64,000 bases of DNA, from assembly GCF_036568425.1 (NCBI RefSeq), contig NZ_DATCSO010000101.1, forward strand, positions 29,624 through 93,623. Reading direction: 5' to 3'. Positions 35,926-44,088 of the stretch are shown here, piece after piece. Below the pieces are notes generated by a model. It was not told the DNA's origin, made no database searches, and saw only the letters and a program-made list of their open reading frames with translations. A program made the position numbers and the translations under genes. Position 1 is the first letter of the stretch; every line of letters begins with the position of its first letter. This DNA comes from Salegentibacter sp. (GTDB lineage Bacteria; Bacteroidota; Bacteroidia; Flavobacteriales; Flavobacteriaceae).

Positions 35926-36605
35926 TGTTAATTTTAAGCTGTGAACACGCCTCTAATGAAATCCCGAAAAAATATCAGTACTTATTTTCTCAAAACCGGG
36001 ATATTCTTAACAGCCATCGCGGTTACGATCCCGGGGCCAAGGACTTATTTGAGTATCTTAAAGTTTTAGGGGATTTTTATAGTAATCTTAATATTAGCAG
36101 ATTGCTGGTGGAGGTTAACCGTTCGATCCCTCATCCTCATTTATTTTCCGAATTTACCAAAGGACTTCCTTCAGTAGAAAAAAATAAAATAATCGCCTCC
36201 TGGTATAAGCCATACAGGGCTGAAGTGGAAGACCGAATTAATAAGTTCATTGATAAAGGGGAGAAGGTGATGCATCTTTCAGTTCATACTTTTACGCCAA
36301 TTCTAAACGGCGAAACCCGGAATGCAGATATAGGTCTGCTTTATGACCCATCCAGTAAAGTGGAAAAAGTATTTTGTAAAGATTTAAGATCAAACTTAAA
36401 AGAAGCAAATCCCGATTTAAAAATAAGGTTTAATTATCCTTACTTAGGAAAGGCTGATGGATTTACAAGCTATTTGAGAAAGAAATTACCGGAGGATTAT
36501 GCTGGGATAGAATTGGAGATAAATCAGAGCTTTGTTAAGCATAACAGGATGAACGAAAATTTGAAAGAAGCCGTCTTTAACGCCCTTCAAAAAACTTTAA
36601 AATAA
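35922..36605 (+). CDS. N-formylglutamate amidohydrolase family protein
   Basis: LILSCEHASNEIP and LSVHTFTP resemble FGase family motifs. GTG 35922 or ATG 35925 overlaps the upstream TGA (GTGATG). Confidence 0.7.
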   Translation: MMLILSCEHASNEIPKKYQYLFSQNRDILNSHRGYDPGAKDLFEYLKVLGDFYSNLNISRLLVEVNRSIPHPHLFSEFTKGLPSVEKNKIIASWYKPYRAEVEDRINKFIDKGEKVMHLSVHTFTPILNGETRNADIGLLYDPSSKVEKVFCKDLRSNLKEANPDLKIRFNYPYLGKADGFTSYLRKKLPEDYAGIELEINQSFVKHNRMNENLKEAVFNALQKTLK

Positions 36606-36685
36606 TATAAGCGTATAAATTTTCCCGCAATTAGGTAACCGGAGAATTGCCGAATATTTCATAAATTGAATAAATTTTTTAAAAG

Positions 36686-36859
36686 ATGAAATTTATAGAA
36701 GTCCAGGACCTTAACGATGATTCGTTCTATCTTAACAAATCACATATCATGTATGTTGCCTTTCAGGAAGATTCAGGATGTCATATTGGCCTAAGCAATG
36801 GCTTACAAATTAAGACCAATGCCAATTACCAGGATTTAAAAGACCTGATAGACGATTGA
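36686..36859 (+). CDS. Small acidic protein, 57 aa (unknown family)
   Basis: Below the track cut-off: MKFIEVQDLNDDSFYLNKSHIMYVAFQEDSGCHIGLSNGLQIKTNANYQDLKDLIDD. Same strand as the ATP-grasp operon and upstream of the only strong hairpin. Confidence 0.45.
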   Translation: MKFIEVQDLNDDSFYLNKSHIMYVAFQEDSGCHIGLSNGLQIKTNANYQDLKDLIDD

Positions 36860-36870
36860 TTAAGTCAAAT

Positions 36871-36905
36871 AAAAACCCCTGAAACCAAAAAGACTTCAGG
36901 GGTTT
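36871..36905. terminator. Hairpin terminator shared by convergent units
   Basis: AAACCCCTGAA-N11-TTCAGGGGTTT. The A-run on the left gives a T-run for the minus-strand FKBP gene. The T-run on the plus side is weaker. Confidence 0.65.
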
Positions 36906-36925
36906 AAAATATTCAAAAGATAAGA

Positions 36926-37357
36926 TTACTTGATCTCCACCACTTCAAGGTCAAATACCAGATCTTTACCTGCTAATGGGTGATTTCCATCAACTACGAT
37001 AGATTCATCCTTTACTTCCTTTACTACAAGATTCATTTCCTGTCCATCAGGAGTTTTAGAAACAAGTCCCATACCAACTTCTGGCTTTATCTCTTCCGGA
37101 AGTTGAGATTTTGGCACCTCCTGGATAAGTTCTTCTCTTGGCTCTCCGTAAGCTTCTTCTTTCGGGATATTTATGGTTTTCTTCTCGTTTACTTCCATAT
37201 CGATAAGGCCTTTTTCAAAACCTGGAATTAACTGTCCTTGCCCCATAGTGAACTCAATTGGTTCCCCACGTTCTACAGAGCTATCAAAAACCTGTCCGTC
37301 AGTTAGTTTTCCGGTGTAATGTACCTTAACCGTGTCATTTTGCTTTACTTGACTCAT
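36926..37357 (-). CDS. FKBP-type peptidyl-prolyl cis-trans isomerase (SlyD-like)
   Basis: VHYTGKLTDGQVFDSS and FTMGQGQLIPGFE, with an IF-domain-like insert. 143 aa. Confidence 0.88.
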   Translation of the reverse strand: MSQVKQNDTVKVHYTGKLTDGQVFDSSVERGEPIEFTMGQGQLIPGFEKGLIDMEVNEKKTINIPKEEAYGEPREELIQEVPKSQLPEEIKPEVGMGLVSKTPDGQEMNLVVKEVKDESIVVDGNHPLAGKDLVFDLEVVEIK

Positions 37358-37665
37358 AATAATATTTTTCGAGTTTAAAAATAGGCTAATCTTCAGCCTT
37401 TTAAAGCTGCAAAGGTACAGTTATTAAGGTGAAACCCAAATTATGCCCCAGATAATCCCTTATCTTATGTAAAGATTAACAATGTATTTAAATCAAAGAA
37501 ATACCAAAAACACGGTAAATCACCCGAACCGCAAGAGGTTGATACACAGTATACAAACCGGTTTAATTGGATTTTTGAATATTAAAAGATACATTTATTA
37601 ACTTAAATTTAGAATTTCCTTTAATTAACCCCGGAGGTTTACCCAACTTTAACCTGATCTGTTTT

Positions 37666-38617
37666 ATGAAAAAAGGGCAATCTAATTCCAGAAGGAATTT
37701 CATTCAAAGTACCAACCTTGTTACTGCCGGAATAACAATTATTCCCCGACATGTTCGTCCGGTTTGGCCACAGGGTATACCATGGCCGCAGCAGTCAAAT
37801 GCCACAGTACCTTCAGAACTCGATTGGAATTTGTGGCTGGGAACTGCGCCATATAAGGATTATGTAGATGGTCTTGTTCCTTTTAACTGGCGGGGCTGGT
37901 GGGATTATGGTACCGGAGCCCTTGGCGATATGGGGTGCCATTTAATTGAAGCCCCCTACAGAGTGCTTAATTTGAATTATCCCAAAGATGTACAAAGCAG
38001 CGTAGAGAGTGTTTATGTAGATGAATTTAAACGCGGCTATTTTCCTGAAAGTTGCCCGCCTTCCAGTCATGTTACCATGACCTTTCTAAAAACCGACAAA
38101 ACAGATTCTGATGTCACCCTACACTGGATGGATGGTGGTATAAAACCGATGCGTCCTCTAGAATTAGGACCTAACGAGACTTTTGGCGATGCAGGTAATG
38201 GTACTTTTTATAGGAACCAAAGGTAAAATGATGTGTGGTAGTCATGGTGAGAACCCGCAGTTACTGCCAACTTCTAAAACCAATGAAGTTAGTATTCCTA
38301 AAAAATATGAGAGGGTAGAAGGTGGTTCCAATGGTCATTATGGTCAATGTGTTGAAGCCGCTATTGCCGGGGATGGTAAAAAAGAACTTAGTGCGCCTTT
38401 CGAAATTTCAGGCCCACTAACCGAAAGCCTTCTCATCGCAAATCTTTCCATTAGAGGTATTGATGTGCGTAAGGAGAAGAAACGGGGAAATGTCGACAAA
38501 TACTTTGAATATCCCGGCAAAGATGTGAAAATGCTTTGGGATGCAGAAAATATGAAGGTGACCAATCTGGATGAGGTCAACCAGATCGTGAAACGGGACT
38601 ACCGTACTGATTGGTAA
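37666..38617 (+). pseudogene. Decayed Gfo/Idh/MocA-family (Tat-exported) oxidoreductase: Rossmann domain deleted plus a +1 frameshift
   Basis: The Tat signal MKKGQSNSRRNFIQS...IIPRHV is joined directly to the C-terminal half (RPVWPQG...LDWNLWLG...GALGDMGCH). The frame breaks at the T5 run 38205-38209. Removing one T restores ...GDAGNGTFIGTKGKMMCGSHGENPQLLP... Confidence 0.75.
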
Positions 38618-38684
38618 TATCTTTAATTAATTCTAAAAAGTTTTCATTTAGAAATAAATTTAGTATCTAATATTAATAATCACA

Positions 38685-39125
38685 ATGCGTTTACTGCAAA
38701 TATTTATTTTTTTAACGCTTTTCTCGATGCTTACAGGTTTGTCAGGCTGTAATTTTGAAACCAGGAATTCTTCTGAACCTGAAGTTGTGTGGGATAGTCT
38801 AGTGGTTACGGCATCGGCATATAACTCCTTAAGCTGGCAAACTGCAAGTGGTGACCCCAGGATCACCGCCTGGGGAGATACTTTAAAAACAGGGTTAAAA
38901 GCAATTGCTGTTTCCAGGGATCTAATTAAAAGGGGGCTTGATCATAATACTCCTGTTAAGATTGAAGGTTTTGAAGAGGTTTTTCTTGTAAAAGACAAGA
39001 TGCATTACCGTTGGAAAAATAAAATTGACATTTATATGGATGAAGATGTACAAAAAGCCAGGGAATGGGGAAGACGAAAAGTGAAAATATATTTTCCAAA
39101 AAAACAAGAAGACAGCATTAGATAA
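38685..39125 (+). CDS. 3D-domain (MltA/RlpA-like) lipoprotein
   Basis: Lipobox LTGLSGC. TASGDPRITAWGDTL...IAVSRDL...VKDKMHYRWKNKIDIYM matches the three-Asp pattern of 3D domains. Confidence 0.65.
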   Translation: MRLLQIFIFLTLFSMLTGLSGCNFETRNSSEPEVVWDSLVVTASAYNSLSWQTASGDPRITAWGDTLKTGLKAIAVSRDLIKRGLDHNTPVKIEGFEEVFLVKDKMHYRWKNKIDIYMDEDVQKAREWGRRKVKIYFPKKQEDSIR

Positions 39126-39135
39126 AATTCAAATA

Positions 39136-39891
39136 ATGAAACATTATGTGAGAATAGCACTGGAAAAAATTATTTATTTTTTTAAGGTGCATGTGTCTAA
39201 AAAACATGATGAATTCCCTTACTACCTTTTAATTTTTATTTCGTTTATAGTCTTTATTGCCTGTATAAATATTTTTGTAGAATTAACTGAGGAATTATCA
39301 AGCAAGGCACTGTTAAATTTTGATAACCAGCTAACTGCTTTTATTAGTTCTTTTAGAGATCCTGATTATCATGGTCTTATAAAATTTATTACAGATATAG
39401 GAGATCTTTATGGCTATCTAATAAGTACAATTCTCGCTACCACTTTTCTGTTTTGGAAACTTAAGAATTGGAAATTTATCATTCAGCTGGTAGGGGTGAT
39501 CATCCTGGCTTCTCTTTCAAATATAGGTTTAAAAAAAGCTATAGATCGTGCCCGGCCCGATGCAGAACATCTGGTGGTGGTAGAAAGCTTAAGTTATCCA
39601 AGTGGTCATGCGATGAGTGCAATGGCTTTTTATGGGTTTATAATTTACCTCCTTTTTCAAATTAAAATGTCCCGGTTTTTAAGAGGCTTTCTTGTGGTAT
39701 TTTTTGTCTTGGTTATTCTGGGAATTGGCTTAAGCCGCATTTATCTTGGAGTACATTATCCTTCAGATGTTATTGCCGGTTACCTTGGAGGTTTTATTTG
39801 GGTTACTTTTTGTATAGTGCTTTTTAACCTGATAGATCTTTTGAGAAGAAGAAGAAATAGCAATGAGCGGGAAGAAAACCTGGAAAACTAA
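39136..39891 (+). CDS. PAP2-family phosphatase (undecaprenyl-diphosphatase-like)
   Basis: KKAIDRARP, YPSGHA and SRIYLGVHYPSD are the three PAP2 motifs. Confidence 0.85.
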   Translation: MKHYVRIALEKIIYFFKVHVSKKHDEFPYYLLIFISFIVFIACINIFVELTEELSSKALLNFDNQLTAFISSFRDPDYHGLIKFITDIGDLYGYLISTILATTFLFWKLKNWKFIIQLVGVIILASLSNIGLKKAIDRARPDAEHLVVVESLSYPSGHAMSAMAFYGFIIYLLFQIKMSRFLRGFLVVFFVLVILGIGLSRIYLGVHYPSDVIAGYLGGFIWVTFCIVLFNLIDLLRRRRNSNEREENLEN

Positions 39892-39948
39892 CTCAATCCT
39901 TCTTCCTCAATGCAGTTTAAAATGAGAAATTTAAATGGCTTTTAAACT

Positions 39949-40608
39949 GTGTATCGTTTAATTTTAGACTATCTAATGAACATTAAAAAAATTTATTTTT
40001 CTACACCATTTAAAATTGGAGAACTTCTGATCTTTTTTGGGTTAGCACCATATCTTACCGGTATTTATGTGGAAGGATGGCAAAAGGTTATTCCCTTGAT
40101 AATCATTGCTGTCTTCTTCCTGCTTTTACTTCAACGCTTTACCAATTTTAATAATGCGATCTTCTTTAGGTTCGATTCGGCATATTTCAAAAAAAGTCTT
40201 CCCCGGATGGTTTTTATTACCCTGGTAATAATATTTTTTACTGGATGGATTTTCCCCGACCTGCTATTTGAGTATCCCGCAGAAAATTTAAAGAAATATC
40301 TAATCACCTTCGTTTTCTATCCTTTAGCTTCAGTAGTACCGCAGGAGTTTATTTACAGAGTTTATTTTTTTGAAAGGTACAAGAAACTTATTCCTTCAAA
40401 GTATCTTTTGATGTTTGTCAATGCACTTATTTTTGGCCTTACCCATTTAATTTATGATAATTGGATTGCTCCCATAGCCACCTTCATGGCCGCCTGGATT
40501 TTTATCATCAACTACTTTAATTCCAAAAGTTTCCTGAATGTCTGCCTGGAGCATTATTATTATGGGTTTGTAATTTTTACGGTAGGTTTAGAGCATTTTT
40601 TCACGTAA
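39949..40608 (+). CDS. CPBP-family intramembrane metalloprotease
   Basis: QEFIYRVYFF (EExxxR-like) and FGLTHL motifs in a polytopic protein. The start is GTG 39949 or ATG 39976. Confidence 0.65.
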   Translation: MYRLILDYLMNIKKIYFSTPFKIGELLIFFGLAPYLTGIYVEGWQKVIPLIIIAVFFLLLLQRFTNFNNAIFFRFDSAYFKKSLPRMVFITLVIIFFTGWIFPDLLFEYPAENLKKYLITFVFYPLASVVPQEFIYRVYFFERYKKLIPSKYLLMFVNALIFGLTHLIYDNWIAPIATFMAAWIFIINYFNSKSFLNVCLEHYYYGFVIFTVGLEHFFT

Positions 40609-40906
40609 CCAACTTTCTAAACTCCTAAGTTTCCTAATAACCACCAAAGGATTATAAAAACCACGATCATTCCTTAATACCCGCAATCTCCTCAAAAGTT
40701 TTTTAGCTCCCCATCCGGCCAGTAAAGCTCTTGTTATACTTTTCATAGCATTATATAACTGGTTAGTAATTCTAAAAAAAATGGAGATTAAATTTTATGA
40801 AAATCCGGATTAGGAAAACTTTAAGCAGCGAGCAGAAAACTTTCCTAAAAAATAGAATCATAGGATTTTTCGTATATTGATAGTTCTTAAAATAAAACTG
40901 AATTCT

Positions 40907-41746
40907 ATGAAAAATTTATTACTCTTTGCCATACTTTTTTCTGGCGCTTTTACTTTTGCCCAGCAAAAAGACGCAGAACTAATTAAAAAAATTGATGGTT
41001 TTAGCCATCCTGAGTCAGTGGTTTATGATGAAGATCGCGAACTGGTATATATTTCAAATATTGGGGAGAAAAATCCTGGAGATGGATTTATTTCCAAAAC
41101 AAATCTTGATGGAGAAGTGCTCGAGTTAAACTGGATTACAAATTTGAATGATCCCAAAGGATTGCTTATTCATGAGGATTTACTTTATGTAAGTGATAAT
41201 ACAGATCTAGTAGTTATGGATATAAAAACCGGGAGTATTATAAACCGTATTGAAGTTGAAGGTTCTGAATTTCTTAATGATATAGCAGTAGATGAAGAAG
41301 GTAATATCTATATTTCAGATACAGGAAACAGTAGCATTTATAAATTAAAAAAAGATTCTGATAAGGTTTCTCAATGGATTGTTACAGAAGAACTTGAATT
41401 TCCCAATGGCGTGCTGGTAGTGGGTGATTATATTTATGTTGCTGCATGGGGTAAGGAAGATGGGGGGAATCTTTTAAAAGTAGCTCTTGATAGTAAAGAG
41501 ATTATTAAAATTTCAGAAAAACCAATTGGTAACCTGGACGGGATTCAGTTAACCAATAATGATGATTTTTATATTTCAGATTGGGCAACCGGTAATGTTT
41601 ATAAGGTTGATCTGAAAGGAAAGCACAGCAAAATACTAACTTCAGAAAAAAGTGCTGGAGACATTCTTTATCACGTTGATTCCGGAAAAATGGTTTTGCC
41701 CATGAACCGGCAGAATTCGGTTTGGTGGTATCAGATAAATGAATAA
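40907..41746 (+). CDS. Secreted beta-propeller protein (SMP-30/gluconolactonase/NHL-like)
   Basis: Signal peptide MKNLLLFAILFSGAFTFAQQ. Repeated blade motifs (LVYISNIG, LLYVSD, NIYISDTGNSSIYK, DFYISDWATGNVYK). Start moved from 40877. Confidence 0.6.
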   Translation: MKNLLLFAILFSGAFTFAQQKDAELIKKIDGFSHPESVVYDEDRELVYISNIGEKNPGDGFISKTNLDGEVLELNWITNLNDPKGLLIHEDLLYVSDNTDLVVMDIKTGSIINRIEVEGSEFLNDIAVDEEGNIYISDTGNSSIYKLKKDSDKVSQWIVTEELEFPNGVLVVGDYIYVAAWGKEDGGNLLKVALDSKEIIKISEKPIGNLDGIQLTNNDDFYISDWATGNVYKVDLKGKHSKILTSEKSAGDILYHVDSGKMVLPMNRQNSVWWYQINE

Positions 41747-41762
41747 TCAGATAAATTTTAAA

Positions 41763-41915
41763 ATGCAAATAAGAGACAGGGATGATAGTGATTCTGAAGA
41801 CTATATTCTTCAGGATAATAAAAAAACCAGGTTTGGCACAGTTTTCATCATAATAATACTGGCGATCTTAATTGCAGCGGTGGCCATCACAGGATTCTAT
41901 TTTGATTTCTGGTAA
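41763..41915 (+). CDS. Possible 50-aa single-TM protein
   Basis: MQIRDRDDSDSEDYILQDNKKTRFGTVFIIIILAILIAAVAITGFYFDFW. Acidic N-terminus plus one TM helix. Only ORF logic supports it. Confidence 0.3.
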   Translation: MQIRDRDDSDSEDYILQDNKKTRFGTVFIIIILAILIAAVAITGFYFDFW

Positions 41916-41916
41916 A

Positions 41917-42561
41917 CTATTGTTTAATTTCATTGAGGAGTAAAAATGCCTTGTTTACATATTCTTTCTCCAGGAAAATAGCAAAATAATTAGAGGTAGA
42001 AATCATTTCAAAAACCGGGATTCCTTCATATGCCAGGAGTTTGAACAGGTAGAAATAAAGTCCCACAGATTGGGAACTGTTTTGGGGTAAAGCAATAGTT
42101 ATGGAAGAAAGTTCCTCCTTAACAGAGACCCTCACTTCGTTTTTAAAACAGTCTTGTACCAAATCGGTTAGGCTGGATGAAACCAGAATATTGCTTTCCT
42201 GGTAATTACTGGAATAGTTAAGATAAACCCCGGTCTGGTCTTTTACCGCTTCCAGCAACCTTGCCTTATTAGCAATAATTGTTTTTGAATTAAGAAAAGT
42301 ATATTCTGTTATTCCCGACCGTACAACAATATCCCCAAGTTCCCGTAGTTGTCGCATATTGATTTTGGTTCTGCGGGGTGCATACCTGCGTAGGGCCATA
42401 ATGATTGAGCCCTGTTTTACCGGCTTTTTCATTTCAGCTTCCACTTCAGCCTGGATATCGGCGGCAAGACCACTGAAATTGACGATATCTCTCGCTATCG
42501 CATCATCCAGAAATGGTTGATGCCGTATTATATCATGAACACAGGTTGTGATGGTTTTCAT
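41917..42561 (-). CDS. Hypothetical protein, possibly ACT-domain-like C-terminus
   Basis: 214-aa ORF divergent from lysC. The domain impression comes only from the beta-alpha-beta-like pattern near the C-terminus (SITIALPQ...GIPVFEMISTSNYFAIFL). Confidence 0.45.
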   Translation of the reverse strand: MKTITTCVHDIIRHQPFLDDAIARDIVNFSGLAADIQAEVEAEMKKPVKQGSIIMALRRYAPRRTKINMRQLRELGDIVVRSGITEYTFLNSKTIIANKARLLEAVKDQTGVYLNYSSNYQESNILVSSSLTDLVQDCFKNEVRVSVKEELSSITIALPQNSSQSVGLYFYLFKLLAYEGIPVFEMISTSNYFAIFLEKEYVNKAFLLLNEIKQ

Positions 42562-42655
42562 TGTTAATTATTATACATTTTGTGCAAATGTATATAAAAT
42601 GAAATATAATTTTTGTCTCTTTTCTCCTTAAGCCTAATTATGCACTTTCAAACAA

Positions 42656-43999
42656 ATGATGATGAGGGTTTTAAAATTTGGCGGAACATCGGTGGGGTCG
42701 GTAGCGAGTATCAGAAACGTGAAATCGATAAGTTGTACCGGTAAGGATAAGAAGTTACTGGTTCTTTCTGCAATGAGCGGAGTCACTAATCAACTTGTAA
42801 GTATCACTAAATATATTACATCCGGTAATCTAGCTGGAGTTTCTAAGCTTATTGGGAATCTCGAAACAAAGCATTTTGAGGTGATTGACAATCTTATTCA
42901 GGATGAGTTAGTTCAATTTGAAACAAAAAAAGAAATCTCATTAATCCTTACTGAACTGGAGACGGTTACAAAACTCGAATATTCCGAAGAGGTTAATTCC
43001 AGGATCGTGACTTCAGGGGAAAGAATGCTTAGCTGTATTTTTTCAAAATACCTTGAATCCTGTGGGATCCAGAATAATTTACTCGATGCTCGTGATTTTA
43101 TGCAGGTGAACAACCTGGAAAATCCAGATACAGCTCTTGTAAGTACACTTCTTGAGAATACCCTTTCTTCCCTTCCTGAAACCGATATTTATATCACCCA
43201 GGGATTTGTTCGACGTGATGAACATACTAAAATAAGTACCTTAAGAAGAGGAGGAAGCGATTATACGGCTACCATTCTTGGAGCGGCATTGAATGCAGAA
43301 GAGGTGCAGATCTGGACCGATATAGACGGCTTTCATAACAATGATCCTCGTTATGTGGAAAAAACACATCCCATTGCAGAACTAAGCTTCGAAGAGGCAG
43401 CAGAACTTGCCTATTTTGGAGCAAAAATTCTACATCCCCAAACTGTATCACCGGTTATTAATAAAAACATCCCGGTTTACCTTAAAAATACATTTACCCC
43501 GCATTTACCGGGAACCAGGATCTCCGGAGAATCAACAGGACAAGGTTTAAAAGCAATTTCTGCAAAAGACGGAATCACAGCCATTAAAATAAAATCTAAC
43601 AGGATGCTGATGGCCCACGGATTTTTGCGGAAAATTTTTGAGGTTTTTGACCGTAATCAAACGGCTATAGACATGATCACCACTTCTGAGATTGCCATTT
43701 CACTAACTATAGATGATAACCGAAATCTGGATAAGATTATTGAAGAGATTGGAGATTACGGAGAGATTATCGTGGAGCGGGACCATTCTATTATTTGTCT
43801 TGTTGGAGAAGGGGTGATTGAAGATAAAAAGGCCAGCAGGATCTTTGAACTATTGCATGATACTTCTATTAGAATGATCTCTTATGGTGGTAGTAACAAT
43901 AATATTTCTTTACTGGTGGCTACCAGTAATAAAATAAACGTGCTTCAAAAACTTCATCAAAAAGTGTTCGAGGTGAAGCCTGTTTACGAATATGTTTAA
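42656..43999 (+). CDS. lysC: Aspartate kinase
   Basis: VLKFGGTSVGS N-terminus, amino-acid kinase fold and C-terminal ACT-like repeats. There are three consecutive ATGs at the start. Confidence 0.9.
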   Translation: MMMRVLKFGGTSVGSVASIRNVKSISCTGKDKKLLVLSAMSGVTNQLVSITKYITSGNLAGVSKLIGNLETKHFEVIDNLIQDELVQFETKKEISLILTELETVTKLEYSEEVNSRIVTSGERMLSCIFSKYLESCGIQNNLLDARDFMQVNNLENPDTALVSTLLENTLSSLPETDIYITQGFVRRDEHTKISTLRRGGSDYTATILGAALNAEEVQIWTDIDGFHNNDPRYVEKTHPIAELSFEEAAELAYFGAKILHPQTVSPVINKNIPVYLKNTFTPHLPGTRISGESTGQGLKAISAKDGITAIKIKSNRMLMAHGFLRKIFEVFDRNQTAIDMITTSEIAISLTIDDNRNLDKIIEEIGDYGEIIVERDHSIICLVGEGVIEDKKASRIFELLHDTSIRMISYGGSNNNISLLVATSNKINVLQKLHQKVFEVKPVYEYV

Positions 44000-44043
44000 T
44001 TCTTTCTGTTAGTGAACAGTTTTTCTGTTCCTTTTGTGTAGTG

Positions 44044-44088
44044 AAAACCGTCGGTTTGCTAATAATTAGCCGGCGGTTTTATTTTTTT
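44044..44088 (+). terminator. Rho-independent terminator after lysC
   Basis: AAAACCGTCGG-N15-CCGGCGGTTTT (one mismatch) followed by ATTTTTTT. The right arm overlaps the last codons of the convergent glycosyltransferase gene. Confidence 0.5.

Noticed and set aside
38183-38617. Treating 38183-38617 as an independent 144-aa gene with a TTG start
   Set aside because: Its sequence continues the Gfo/Idh/MocA C-terminal domain of the upstream ORF once one T of the T5 run is removed, so it is part of a frameshifted pseudogene.
40617-40746. Possible decayed small membrane-protein gene on the minus strand (MKSITRALLAGWGAKKL... in one frame, ...MIVVFIILWWLLGNLGV in another)
   Set aside because: The two pieces look as if they once formed a small GWGAKK...TM protein split by frameshifts and stops. 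That rests on a vague memory of such proteins. The ORF also overlaps the 3' end of the CPBP gene, so I cannot support it from the sequence alone.
42562-42655. Lysine riboswitch in front of aspartokinase
   Set aside because: The gap is only 94 nt and AT-rich with no conserved L-box-like stems visible. It is too short for the ~180-nt element.
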